A stretch of DNA of 64,000 nt from Candidatus Falkowbacteria bacterium (lineage in GTDB: Bacteria; Patescibacteriota; Patescibacteriia; Patescibacteriales; UBA12465): NCBI GenBank assembly GCA_026396875.1, contig JAPLVY010000004.1:10828-74827 (forward strand). Reading direction: 5' to 3'. The translations under genes were made by a program, and so were the position numbers. A model generated the notes under the pieces. That model saw only the letters and a program-made list of their open reading frames with translations. It searched no databases and was not told the DNA's origin. Positions 24,690-34,085 of the stretch are shown here, piece after piece (within the stretch, counting starts at the first letter, position 1; every line of letters begins with the position of its first letter).

Positions 24690-25847
24690 ATGAAATGGTT
24701 TAATTTTTTACATTTTTATCAACCAGCAAATACTGAATTTTCCAATATTCAGGAGGCAGCAGAGAAAAGTTATTTTCGCTTACTCCGTCTTTTTGAGGAA
24801 AACAAAAATTTGCGCATGACTATTAATGTTTCCGGCTGTTTACTAGAAAGAATGACTGAAGGAGGGATGGCAGATTTTTCTCGTCGTTTGTCGCCTCTTT
24901 TAAAATCTGGTCGCATTGAGATTGTCGGCACCGCCGCCTATCACGCTTTTCTCCCCTTGCTTCCTGAGAAAGAAGTGATTTTTCAGATCAAGGAGCAGGA
25001 AAAAATTCTCAAAAAGTATTTAGGAGTCTCTCGTCCGAAGGGCTTTTTCTTGCCGGAAATGGCCTATTCATCAGGCGTCGCTAAAATTATTAAAGGCTTA
25101 GGCTACGAATATTTAATTCTTGATCCAATTGCTTATAGTCACAAAAATCCTCACGATTTTGAAGCCCTAAAAACTTATCTCGACAAGGCCAGCGGTCTAA
25201 AGCTGGTTTTTCGCAATCGTGCCTGGTCAACTAAATACGCGCCAGACTATTTGCAGCGCGCCCTGGAGACCGGAAGATCAACAACTGTTGTTACTGCAAG
25301 CGATGCTGAGCTTTATGGTTTGCGCCATGAGGACCCAACAGCTGAGCTGGAAAGAATTTCTCGAGATGATCGTTTAGCCACTGGAACTTTGAGTGATTTT
25401 ATTTCGTTGACTGCCAACCCGGAATTAATCACTCTCCGTGCTTGTTCTTGGGAAAGCAGTGAGAGAGAATTATTAAACAAAAACCCTTACGCTCTTTGGA
25501 GTGACAAGCGAAACGAAATCCATAAAGACCTCTGGAGTCTCGCCGATTTAGCAATTAAAACCGTTCATGAAAACTCGAAGGATCGGGGAGCTTCTTGGGC
25601 TCGCTGGCATTTGTCTAGGGGCTTAGCAAGTTGTGCCTGGTGGTGGTCCAGCGGTCATGATTTTTCGCGCCATTTTGGTCCCCTGGCTTGGAGTCCGGAC
25701 GAGCTTGAACGTGGAGCCAACGACTTGCTGCGTTCGGTGAGGTCCTTAGAAAATAAAAAAACCCGTCGTCAAAAAATCTTGGCAGAAAAACTGGCTTTAC
25801 GCTTGAGAGCTCTTGTCTGGGTTAAGCATTGGAAAAAATATTTTTAA
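24690..25847 (+). CDS. glycoside hydrolase family 57-like alpha-glucan enzyme
   Basis: LHFYQP (compare GH57 HxHQP), GFFLPEMAYS (nucleophile Glu region) and TASDAELYG (acid/base Asp region). Confidence 0.65.
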   Translation: MKWFNFLHFYQPANTEFSNIQEAAEKSYFRLLRLFEENKNLRMTINVSGCLLERMTEGGMADFSRRLSPLLKSGRIEIVGTAAYHAFLPLLPEKEVIFQIKEQEKILKKYLGVSRPKGFFLPEMAYSSGVAKIIKGLGYEYLILDPIAYSHKNPHDFEALKTYLDKASGLKLVFRNRAWSTKYAPDYLQRALETGRSTTVVTASDAELYGLRHEDPTAELERISRDDRLATGTLSDFISLTANPELITLRACSWESSERELLNKNPYALWSDKRNEIHKDLWSLADLAIKTVHENSKDRGASWARWHLSRGLASCAWWWSSGHDFSRHFGPLAWSPDELERGANDLLRSVRSLENKKTRRQKILAEKLALRLRALVWVKHWKKYF

Positions 25848-25856
25848 ATTTAGTAT

Positions 25857-26918
25857 ATGAATAAGATTTATAAATTGTTGGATGAAGATTTTATTGCCGA
25901 GCTTTTTTTAAAAAAAGTGCTGCCACTTTATCCGCAAATTAATAAAATCGAAAAGATAAAGATTACACCTTATAAAAAGATGATTTGGGAGACCACCTAT
26001 CATGTGGTCTTTTCTTATGAATTATTTTGGCGCAATAGCCGACAAGAATTAAAAAAAATCCACATAGTTTGTTCTGCCCATAGCAACGAGCCGCGTAAAA
26101 ATGTTCTGGATACTCTCAATTATCTTTGGGATAAGGGCTTGCCTGACGAAAACATTAAACTACCAAGGCCGCTTTTTTACATTGAAGATTTTCAAGCAAC
26201 CTTTTACCGCGCTGTTTCTGGTAAAACCTTATTGCATCTTATCAAAGAGCTGGATAAAGAGGCGGTTAGTGCTCTCATTTCCGGGGCAGCCAAAATGTTT
26301 GCCAAATTACATCAGTTACCTATTGATTCCAGCTTCCAATTTAATACCAGCAATCAAAGAATATCTTCCGTTGTTCCTGGGGAGAAATTTATTTACGAAG
26401 AATTGGCCGCTCGTTTTAAAAACGGTGAAGATGGCGACTTAGCTGCTTGTTACGCCTCCTGTGTAGCGCGAGAGAAAAATCTTTTCCCCAAAGAAGGTGA
26501 GCGTTCACTAATTCATGGTGATGCTCATCCGGAAAATATTATTAAGGTTGGAGAAAACAAAATCGGCTTGATTGATTTTACGGATTTTTCTCCAGCAGAT
26601 TTTGCTCGAGATCTCGGAGCCTTTATTCAGCAGATAGAATATAAAATTGTTCGCAAAGCGGAAGATTTGGAATTCGCCAGAGAAATGAAGAAGCTTTTTT
26701 TGGTTGAGTATTTAAAGTCTTCAGGGAAAGAGCTTAACGAAAACTTGCAGGAAAGAATCAATCTCTATTACGATTGGACCGCGCTCAGGACAGCGGTATA
26801 TTGGTTTTTAAATCATCGATCTTCTCCAGTAAACGGCCTTGAGCTCTTGTCGGCTATTCACGAACGGCAGAAAACTGGTCGCAATGCTCAGGATTTGATG
26901 ATTAATTACAAGAGCTAA
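25857..26918 (+). CDS. APH/ChoK-like phosphotransferase (possible sugar/maltose kinase)
   Basis: LIHGDAHPENII is the catalytic loop HGDxxxxN, and IGLIDFTDF is DFG-like. The gene lies in the glgA-GH57 cluster. Confidence 0.6.
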   Translation: MNKIYKLLDEDFIAELFLKKVLPLYPQINKIEKIKITPYKKMIWETTYHVVFSYELFWRNSRQELKKIHIVCSAHSNEPRKNVLDTLNYLWDKGLPDENIKLPRPLFYIEDFQATFYRAVSGKTLLHLIKELDKEAVSALISGAAKMFAKLHQLPIDSSFQFNTSNQRISSVVPGEKFIYEELAARFKNGEDGDLAACYASCVAREKNLFPKEGERSLIHGDAHPENIIKVGENKIGLIDFTDFSPADFARDLGAFIQQIEYKIVRKAEDLEFAREMKKLFLVEYLKSSGKELNENLQERINLYYDWTALRTAVYWFLNHRSSPVNGLELLSAIHERQKTGRNAQDLMINYKS

Positions 26919-26924
26919 AAATAA

Positions 26925-27953
26925 ATGAAAAAAATAAAAATTGCCCATATTCATGTTTGGGATAAAGATAATAAAGGTGACCTTGCCATCGTGATAGCTG
27001 TCCAGGATGCCTTAAGATGTGAGTTCCCAAATGCTAAAATCATAGATTTTCCGATAGAAGTATTAAAAAATTATGATGCCAAAAAATTAGGCGAGCTTAA
27101 TCAGGCCGATTTTATTGTTTTTGGTGGTGGTGGTGTTTTTTATCGCTATTTCTTGCCATTTAATAAAAGAATGATTTCCGGCCTTAAGAGTCCGTTAGCC
27201 ATTTTTGGTGTTGGTTACATAAGAGAGGTGGGGGCAAGAGCGTTATTAGACAAGGAGCGTGATAGTATTATTCAGTTGGTCAAGAAAGCAAAATTAGTTG
27301 GTGTTAGGGAAAATTACACTAAGAAAATTCTGGTTCAATGGGGCCTCGGGAGTGATAAAATTTTGGTTATTGGTGACCCAGCGGTATTGCTTGAAGAAAG
27401 AATCCCCAAAGACTTTCCTCTGACCCCAGGATTAAAAATTGGTTTAAATTTAAATTATTCTGGCTGGCTTGGCTTTGGTTCTTGGAGAGAAGATATTCTT
27501 AACGCCTATCGCGAAGTAGCTGAATATTTTCAAAAAGAATTAGGGGCAACTGTTTATTATTTGAAACATCATCCGGGAGAAGATAATATTTACCCATCTT
27601 TGGAAATTAAGGATTTGCAAGTAGTCGATCTTGAACCCAAAGAGCAAAAATATGTTTATGGCGAATTGGATTTAGTGATCGGAATGATGCTACACTCTTG
27701 TGTTCTCGCTTTCGGCGCCCTAACTCCAGAAATTAATGTCGCCTATGATTTGCGCAACCGCAACTTCGCTCGTTTTATCGGTTGCGAAGAATTGGTAGCA
27801 GAGCTTGTGGATTTGAAGAGCGGAAAATTGCTAGCAAGCGCTAAGAATTTGATTGATAAAAAAGATTTTTATTCTCAAAGATTTAGTAAAAAAAGATTAA
27901 TTATTAAAAAACGTCAAGAGGAATTTGTTAAACTATTAAATACCCTAAAATAA
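26925..27953 (+). CDS. polysaccharide pyruvyl transferase family protein
   Basis: 342 aa. The N-terminal HVWDKDNKGDLAIV and FGGGGVF pattern is typical of the CsaB/WcaK-type PS_pyruv_trans family. Confidence 0.55.
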   Translation: MKKIKIAHIHVWDKDNKGDLAIVIAVQDALRCEFPNAKIIDFPIEVLKNYDAKKLGELNQADFIVFGGGGVFYRYFLPFNKRMISGLKSPLAIFGVGYIREVGARALLDKERDSIIQLVKKAKLVGVRENYTKKILVQWGLGSDKILVIGDPAVLLEERIPKDFPLTPGLKIGLNLNYSGWLGFGSWREDILNAYREVAEYFQKELGATVYYLKHHPGEDNIYPSLEIKDLQVVDLEPKEQKYVYGELDLVIGMMLHSCVLAFGALTPEINVAYDLRNRNFARFIGCEELVAELVDLKSGKLLASAKNLIDKKDFYSQRFSKKRLIIKKRQEEFVKLLNTLK

Positions 27954-28972
27954 TGAAGAATAATATGAAAAAGAGACGCCACTCCAGCCATTTGCCAGTA
28001 ATTGCTGCCTTCGTCGGTAATTTTGTGGTTACCTTGGCAAAATTCGCTGGATTCCTAATCACTGGTTCTGGCTCGATGTTTTCCGAAGCCATTCATAGCT
28101 TTGCTGATACCGCTAATCAGTTTTTACTATTTGTCGGTCTACAAAGATCGCAGAAAAAAGCCAGCGAAGAACACCCGTATGGTCATGGCCGTGAGCGTTA
28201 TATTTGGGCGCTTATTTCTGCCTGCGGTATCTTCTTTTTGGGTTGTGGTGTAACAGTTTACCATGGCTTGGACGTTTTGATTAATGGTCACAATTTCACT
28301 TATAGTAATTGGGCGATTATTATTCTCCTGGTTTCTTTGGTGATTGAGTCAATTACGCTCTGGCTCGCCTTTAAGGAAATTCGTCGCAACTTTCCTCGTG
28401 CCAAATGGCGCACAATTAGTCGCGACGGCGACCCGACTACTCTTGCCGTGCTTATGGAGGATGGATTGGCGGTAGTTGGTATTTTGATTGCCGCTGCTAG
28501 TATTATTTTAACAAAGTATACGGGGAATCATTATTGGGATGCCATCGGTTCAATTGTTATCGGAGCATTACTAGGTGTGGTGGCCATTGTTTTGATTAAT
28601 AAGAACCGTCATTTTTTGATTACCAAGTCCATCCCTCATAAAATGGCTGAGGAGGTAAAAGAAATTTTACTCGGTGACCCAAGTATTGAGAAAATTTATG
28701 AATTTAAGTCGGCGGTGTTTGATGCTGACAAATATCTAGTTAAATGCGATGTTGAATTTAATGCTTCGGCAATGATTAAAGATCTTGATCGCCATCACTT
28801 TATTGCTAATGAATATCAGGAGGTGCAAGGGGACCCAGAGGAGTTTAAAAAATTCTGCGTGGAATATATGGACCGAGTGCCGCGCTTGGTTGGCAAAAAG
28901 ATTGATGAAATTGAGAAAAAAATCCGCGATCGTTTCCCGGAAATCGTTTTTATTGATATTGAGATAAACTAA
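27953..28972 (+). CDS. cation diffusion facilitator (CDF) family metal efflux transporter
   Basis: FAGFLITGSGSMFSEAIHSFADTANQ is the CDF TM2 signature. There are six TM helices plus a cytoplasmic domain. Confidence 0.8.
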   Translation: MKNNMKKRRHSSHLPVIAAFVGNFVVTLAKFAGFLITGSGSMFSEAIHSFADTANQFLLFVGLQRSQKKASEEHPYGHGRERYIWALISACGIFFLGCGVTVYHGLDVLINGHNFTYSNWAIIILLVSLVIESITLWLAFKEIRRNFPRAKWRTISRDGDPTTLAVLMEDGLAVVGILIAAASIILTKYTGNHYWDAIGSIVIGALLGVVAIVLINKNRHFLITKSIPHKMAEEVKEILLGDPSIEKIYEFKSAVFDADKYLVKCDVEFNASAMIKDLDRHHFIANEYQEVQGDPEEFKKFCVEYMDRVPRLVGKKIDEIEKKIRDRFPEIVFIDIEIN

Positions 28973-28993
28973 GCTAACTGCTATAATTTTGGT

Positions 28994-31504
28994 ATGAGTA
29001 AGAAAAATTCAAAAAAAGTCCAAGAAAAAGAGCTGATCGAGGAGCCATCGACGTCTCACCTGGAGCTCAACGAAAGAGCTAGAAAAAGTATTATTATCTT
29101 GGCAATTTTTGCTTTTGGCCTCTTGAGCCTTTTGGGGCTCTTTGACCTGTCTGGTAAATTCGGGCAATTCATTGCCCAATGGTTGGGGCTTGGCTTTGGC
29201 TTTGGTCGCTATTTGGTGCCATTCTTCTTTTTGGCTTGGGGCGGGCTTCTCTCTCTGGGCAAGAAACACCACATTCGCTTCAACGATTATCTCGGACTAT
29301 TCCTGCTTTTTATTTCTCTTCAAACAATCTTGCATTTTTTTATCGATCCTCTTCGTTGGGAGGCAACCGCAGCAACTGGTTCTGGTGGTGGTTATCTCGG
29401 CTTGGAATTGTCTCGCCTTTTCTTTTATCTTTTTGGTTTTTGGGGTGGCGTATTAGTTCTGGCCTGTATTTCTCTTTTGTCTATCGTAATCGTCTTTAAT
29501 ACCTCGCTTGCCAAAATTATTGGTCGCGAAAGTATTTGGGCGAAAGCGCTTCGAAGTTTTTCTGGAAAATCCGAATCGCGCGAAGATGATGGTGAGGGGC
29601 AAGAAGAAATGGCAAGAGCTAGCGCTAGTGCTCTGAGCAGTAAGATACTTTCTGCTTGGCAGCAGAAACCAGTGCCGGTTCACGAAGAGGAAGTCGAAGA
29701 AGCGGAAGAAATTGTACCAACAAAATTCAAAGAAGCAGAGAAGAAGGTTCAAGAAAAGATTGTCTGGCCGAAGAAGACGGTAAAAATTGATATTCCTTTA
29801 GAATTATTAAACAACAAGGTCACCAAGGCGATTGGCGGAGATACTGCCGCTGGTGCTTTGAAAATCAAGCACACTCTGGAAAATTTCGGCATCATGGTAG
29901 AGATGGGCGAAACCAAAGTTGGTCCAACTGTTACCCAATATACATTTAAACCGGCCGAAGGTGTGAAGGTGGCGCGCATCACCACCCTGAATAACGACTT
30001 ATCATTAGCACTCGCTGCTCATCCGATTCGTATCGAGGCGCCGATTCCTGGTCAGTCGTTGGTTGGTGTCGAAGTTCCGAACAAGGCGAAAGCGCTTGTT
30101 GGTCTCAGGGAGATTTTGGACGACGATGCTTTTCGCAATCGAAAAAATAATTTAATGATTGCCCTCGGTAAGGATGTATCTGGCACTTCCTGGAGTTATG
30201 ATATTACCAAGATGCCACACTTGTTGGTTGCGGGTGCTACCAATTCTGGTAAGTCAGTTTGTTTAAACACAATTATTGTTTCCTTGCTTTATCAAAACAA
30301 TCCGGAAGACTTACGTTTTATTATGGTTGATCCAAAACGAGTGGAGCTGCCAATTTACAATGGTATCCCGCACCTACTCGTGCCAGTTATTACTGAGGTC
30401 GGAAAAACTATTAACGCGCTCAAGTGGTGTCTTAACGAAATGAATCGCCGTTACGATACTCTCAATGCTTCTGGCAAAAAAAATATTGCGAGCTATAATA
30501 TCGATGCAAAAAACAAAATGCCTTATATTGTTTTTGTGATCGATGAGTTGGCGGACTTCATGATGACTGCCGGCAAAGAAATGGAAGCGGCGATTATCCG
30601 TCTCGCGCAAATGTCTCGCGCTGTCGGAATCCACTTAATTCTTGCTACTCAACGCCCGAGTGTCGATGTTATCACTGGTTTAATTAAAGCCAATATCCCG
30701 GCGCGTATTGCTTTCGCGGTGACCTCTCTGGTTGATTCAAAAACTATTTTAGATATCTCTGGTGCAGAGAAGTTGCTGGGTCAAGGTGATATGCTTTTAA
30801 CGACACCAGAACTATCCAAACCAAAACGGATTCAGGGCGCTTATGTTAGTGACGAAGAGATAAAAGACATTATTAACTATATCAAAGAAAAGAGCGGCGA
30901 AGTTGATTATTTGGACGGCGTGACCGAAAGGCAAAAAGTTAGCGGTGTTGCTGGAGTTGGTATAGATGGTAATCATGGCGATGAAGATGATTTAATGGAA
31001 GAAGCGAGAGATATTGTTGTCAAAGCCGGCAAAGCCTCCACCTCGTTATTGCAAAGGCGCTTGAGTATCGGCTATGGCCGAGCAGCCAAAATTTTAGATA
31101 TGATGGAGGAGGCGGGAATGATTGGTCCCTCTAATGGTTCCAAGCCAAGAGAAATTTTAATTAACAAGAATGATTATGAAGCAGGGATTCCAGTTTCGCC
31201 GGTTCATAGTCGCGTAAGTGCAGTTGCGCCAGATCATTATTTGGGAGACGAAGAGGGCGATGACGGAGTTTTGGACTTCGGTCACGAGAAGCATGAAGAA
31301 GCCGAAGACTTAACGGAAGATGAAATTTTTTCTGAGGCAGAACAAGAGGAGCTTAGGGAGGAAGAAGAGGAATTTACCAGCAATGAGGATTACGAGGATC
31401 ACATCCTTGAGGAAATACATGAGGACGAAGGGGAAGCTAAGCCGGAGATAAAAAAAGAGAAGAAGCCGGCGATGCTTGACGAAGAAGACTATTTTTCACA
31501 CTAG
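28994..31504 (+). CDS. ftsK: DNA translocase FtsK/SpoIIIE with a 113-aa acidic C-terminal tail
   Basis: An N-terminal TM region is followed by Walker A GATNSGKS and then VIDELADFMM. The gamma winged helix is ASTSLLQRRLSIGYGRAAKILDMMEEAGMIGP. The tail at 31163-31501 is rich in E/D. Confidence 0.9.
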   Translation: MSKKNSKKVQEKELIEEPSTSHLELNERARKSIIILAIFAFGLLSLLGLFDLSGKFGQFIAQWLGLGFGFGRYLVPFFFLAWGGLLSLGKKHHIRFNDYLGLFLLFISLQTILHFFIDPLRWEATAATGSGGGYLGLELSRLFFYLFGFWGGVLVLACISLLSIVIVFNTSLAKIIGRESIWAKALRSFSGKSESREDDGEGQEEMARASASALSSKILSAWQQKPVPVHEEEVEEAEEIVPTKFKEAEKKVQEKIVWPKKTVKIDIPLELLNNKVTKAIGGDTAAGALKIKHTLENFGIMVEMGETKVGPTVTQYTFKPAEGVKVARITTLNNDLSLALAAHPIRIEAPIPGQSLVGVEVPNKAKALVGLREILDDDAFRNRKNNLMIALGKDVSGTSWSYDITKMPHLLVAGATNSGKSVCLNTIIVSLLYQNNPEDLRFIMVDPKRVELPIYNGIPHLLVPVITEVGKTINALKWCLNEMNRRYDTLNASGKKNIASYNIDAKNKMPYIVFVIDELADFMMTAGKEMEAAIIRLAQMSRAVGIHLILATQRPSVDVITGLIKANIPARIAFAVTSLVDSKTILDISGAEKLLGQGDMLLTTPELSKPKRIQGAYVSDEEIKDIINYIKEKSGEVDYLDGVTERQKVSGVAGVGIDGNHGDEDDLMEEARDIVVKAGKASTSLLQRRLSIGYGRAAKILDMMEEAGMIGPSNGSKPREILINKNDYEAGIPVSPVHSRVSAVAPDHYLGDEEGDDGVLDFGHEKHEEAEDLTEDEIFSEAEQEELREEEEEFTSNEDYEDHILEEIHEDEGEAKPEIKKEKKPAMLDEEDYFSH

Positions 31505-31521
31505 CTTAATATAAACAAAAC

Positions 31522-31550
31522 AAAAAACACTTCCTTGGGAGTGTTTTTTT
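31522..31550. terminator. bidirectional terminator between ftsK and the convergent membrane-protein gene
   Basis: aaaaaacact-tccttggg-agtgttttttt. Confidence 0.5.
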
Positions 31551-31577
31551 GTAAATAAAAAAGACAGAGTTTGTGGT

Positions 31578-32216
31578 TCATCTGTCTTTGTAGCGTTTTA
31601 GTAAAATTGCTATTAGCGTTATTATCGTTACCGAAATTGCGTTGGAAAGCTGAAAGACCCAGTCTTTTGTAATAATTCCATATATTAACCACGAAGAATT
31701 GGTGACAATATAGACATTAATTAACTTCGGCTCCAGGGCGCCACTTTTCTTGTTTCTGATAAGCAATATCAATTGAGACAACATCCCTAGCAACATAACC
31801 GAGGCACAGCTCATGTACGCTAGTTTTTTGTTGGTAGAAATAACCATGATGGGAATCATCAAGGAGAATAGTAATAAAAACATGGCGTCACTTGAATTGA
31901 TTTTTTTATAACGCCAAACTTTTATTAATACAACAGAAAAAAATAGAAAATTTGTACCGTTATATATCACCGATAATTTCATGGTATACACTCCGTATAG
32001 TGCGGTTGCTATTAAATAAAAGAAAGCAAAAATAATCAGTGGGATAGAAATTGATTCAACAGATTTCTTTCTCTCGATTGTTGCAATCTGTTTGGTGACT
32101 CCCCACATTTGGTATGTGCTGAGAATTATTGTGAGTAAGGCGCTAACGGTTATTAGGTTGAAGTCAAAATTTTTGGCTTCAACTGAATTTTTAAAAAACT
32201 GAACTATCGTTTCCAT
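31578..32216 (-). CDS. 7-TM membrane protein, PQ-loop/SWEET-like (3+1+3 topology)
   Basis: 212 aa with seven hydrophobic helices. Two related halves are visible: STYQMWGVTKQIATIERKKSVESIS...ALYGVY and LSQLILLIRNKKSGALEP...SSWLIYGII. They recall the MtN3/PQ-loop repeat. Confidence 0.4.
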   Translation of the reverse strand: METIVQFFKNSVEAKNFDFNLITVSALLTIILSTYQMWGVTKQIATIERKKSVESISIPLIIFAFFYLIATALYGVYTMKLSVIYNGTNFLFFSVVLIKVWRYKKINSSDAMFLLLFSLMIPIMVISTNKKLAYMSCASVMLLGMLSQLILLIRNKKSGALEPKLINVYIVTNSSWLIYGIITKDWVFQLSNAISVTIITLIAILLKRYKDR

Positions 32217-32331
32217 TACATACTTTTTGGTGTCTGATGCCTTGTAAAATATAATATTTTTTTTGTTTTGTCAATCTTTTTTTGTTTCTATTTTTTGCTT
32301 TTTTCACCCCTTTGCGCTAGAATTATTCAAT

Positions 32332-33795
32332 ATGCTAAGTAAAATCAAAAAATTAATCCCTCGTCAGTTATTTAAGGCCATTCAGCCAGTATATCATTTT
32401 ATTCTCAGTTTTGCCGCAGTTTTATTTCATGGCTTTCCGTCGGACAGGCTTATTGTTATTGGTATCACTGGTACCACGGGGAAAACCTCTACGGTCTATT
32501 TATTGGCTCGCGCCTTGCAAGCAATGGGCTATAAGGTTGGTTACACCTCAACTGCCATGTTCTCGGACGGTAATAAAGAATGGTTGAATGACAAGAAAAT
32601 GACTATGGTCGGCCGTTTTTTTACTCAGCGGATGATCCGCAGGATGTCCAAAAATGGTTGTGAATTTGCGATCATTGAGAGTACTTCCGAGGGAATACGC
32701 CAATTCCGTCATCGTTTTATTAATTTCGACGCTTTATTGTTCACTGGCTTGTACCCCGAACATCTGGAATCTCACGGCACTTTTGATAACTATAAGGCAA
32801 CCAAGGGGCGACTTTTTGGCCATCTACAATTTTGTCACACCAAGTATATTGATGATCAAAAAAAAGTTGTGAAACCGAAGAGTGAGTTACAAAAATTAGG
32901 ATTAAATAGAGTAAAAAAGACGATTATTGTGAATGGTGATGACGAAAACGCTCCTTATTTTTCCAATTTTTGGAGTGAAAGAAAGATCGCTTTCACAAAT
33001 GGTCATCCTGGCGAAAACGAGTTGGCCAACTTCTCAGAAATCATTCTCAAAGATTTAGAATTATTATATTTTAGTGAAGCAGCAAGTTCTGCTGCTGGTG
33101 CTTCCTTTAATTTTTTTGATCTTTTACGCGCCAATAGTCAAGACGACGTAAAACCAGAAGCGATGATTGCTCACCCGGTGGAGCTGAAATTGTTGGGGGT
33201 GTTTAATGCTCAGAACTCAGTTGCCGCTCTGGCGGTTTGTGCCGGCCTAGATTTGTCGCTAGAGAAAGCACAGGTTGGCCTCGAGGAGGTCTCTGGCTTA
33301 GTTGGCAAAATGGAAAAAATTGATGCTGGCCAGGATTTTACTGTGTTGGTTGACTATGCCTTTGAGCCGCGCGCCCTGGAGAAGCTCTATGATACCATGA
33401 GCCTCATTCCTCACCAAAGGACAATTAATGTTTTGGGGTCAACTGGTGGTGGGAGAGATGCTTCGCGTCGGCCAATTCTTGGTAAAATTGCTGGCGAACG
33501 AGCAGATTTAGTGATCGTTACCAACGAAGATCCATACGATGACGATCCTCAGGAGATAATTGATCAAGTAGCCGCCGGGGCAGAATCGGTCGGCAAGTCT
33601 ATTGGCGAAGATTTGCTAAAAATATTAGATAGAAGGGAAGCTATTCGCAGAGCCTTTGAAGAGGCTCGTACCGGAGATTTGGTTTTGATTACCGGAAAGG
33701 GCGGCGAACAGTTTATTTGCGCTAAAAATGGAGAAAAAATACCTTGGGATGACCGCTTGGTGGCCAAGGAAGAACTAAATGCTCTTGGCAGTTGA
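32332..33795 (+). CDS. murE: UDP-N-acetylmuramoyl-L-alanyl-D-glutamate:diamino-acid ligase (MurE-type)
   Basis: GITGTTGKTST P-loop, a Mur ligase middle and C domain, and VTNEDPYDDDP. I prefer the ATG at 32332 (MLSKIKKLIPRQL). The substrate (DAP or Lys) cannot be called. Confidence 0.8.
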   Translation: MLSKIKKLIPRQLFKAIQPVYHFILSFAAVLFHGFPSDRLIVIGITGTTGKTSTVYLLARALQAMGYKVGYTSTAMFSDGNKEWLNDKKMTMVGRFFTQRMIRRMSKNGCEFAIIESTSEGIRQFRHRFINFDALLFTGLYPEHLESHGTFDNYKATKGRLFGHLQFCHTKYIDDQKKVVKPKSELQKLGLNRVKKTIIVNGDDENAPYFSNFWSERKIAFTNGHPGENELANFSEIILKDLELLYFSEAASSAAGASFNFFDLLRANSQDDVKPEAMIAHPVELKLLGVFNAQNSVAALAVCAGLDLSLEKAQVGLEEVSGLVGKMEKIDAGQDFTVLVDYAFEPRALEKLYDTMSLIPHQRTINVLGSTGGGRDASRRPILGKIAGERADLVIVTNEDPYDDDPQEIIDQVAAGAESVGKSIGEDLLKILDRREAIRRAFEEARTGDLVLITGKGGEQFICAKNGEKIPWDDRLVAKEELNALGS

Positions 33796-33817
33796 TATTT
33801 TGTGGATAAATTGTGTG

Positions 33818-33846
33818 TTGACAAAACATAATTTATTTTATATTAT
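33818..33846 (+). promoter_or_regulatory. sigma70-type promoter of rpoBC (TTGACA-17-TATTAT)
   Basis: ttgaca at 33818-33823, a 17-nt spacer, and tattat at 33841-33846. This leaves a leader of about 240 nt before the rpoB ATG. Confidence 0.55.
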
Positions 33847-33896
33847 AGAAATCAAGACAATTTAGGACAGAAAATATCTCCACCCCGTAGAAATAG

Positions 33897-33930
33897 AAAA
33901 CCTCGCGCGAATCGGTTTTTTATCTTTTTT
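33897..33930 (+). promoter_or_regulatory. attenuator-like hairpin A in the rpoB leader
   Basis: aaaacc (33897-33902) pairs with ggtttt (33914-33919), followed by ttatctttttt. Confidence 0.35.
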
Positions 33931-33986
33931 GGGTGGCTTTCGCTCCGTGATTACTCAAAAAAAATCATAATTTGCGATTTCGTTAA

Positions 33987-34015
33987 CTCAAACCGAACGG
34001 CTTTGAGATTTTTTT
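33987..34015 (+). promoter_or_regulatory. attenuator-like intrinsic terminator B in the rpoB leader
   Basis: ctcaaacc-gaac-gg(c)tttgag gives 8 bp with one bulge, followed by a-ttttttt. It lies 70 nt upstream of the rpoB ATG. Confidence 0.45.
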
Positions 34016-34085
34016 GTTGATTGGAAAACAACGCGCAAAAATCGTCATCTTTTTAAATAGTTTATAAATTTTTTTAAATAAATTT

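Noticed and set aside
29142-29499. Overlapping plus- and minus-strand ORFs of 78-106 aa inside the ftsK 5' region (also 29009-29272, 29453-29985)
   Set aside because: They are alternative frames of the hydrophobic or low-complexity FtsK N-terminus. The FtsK frame is continuous and conserved.
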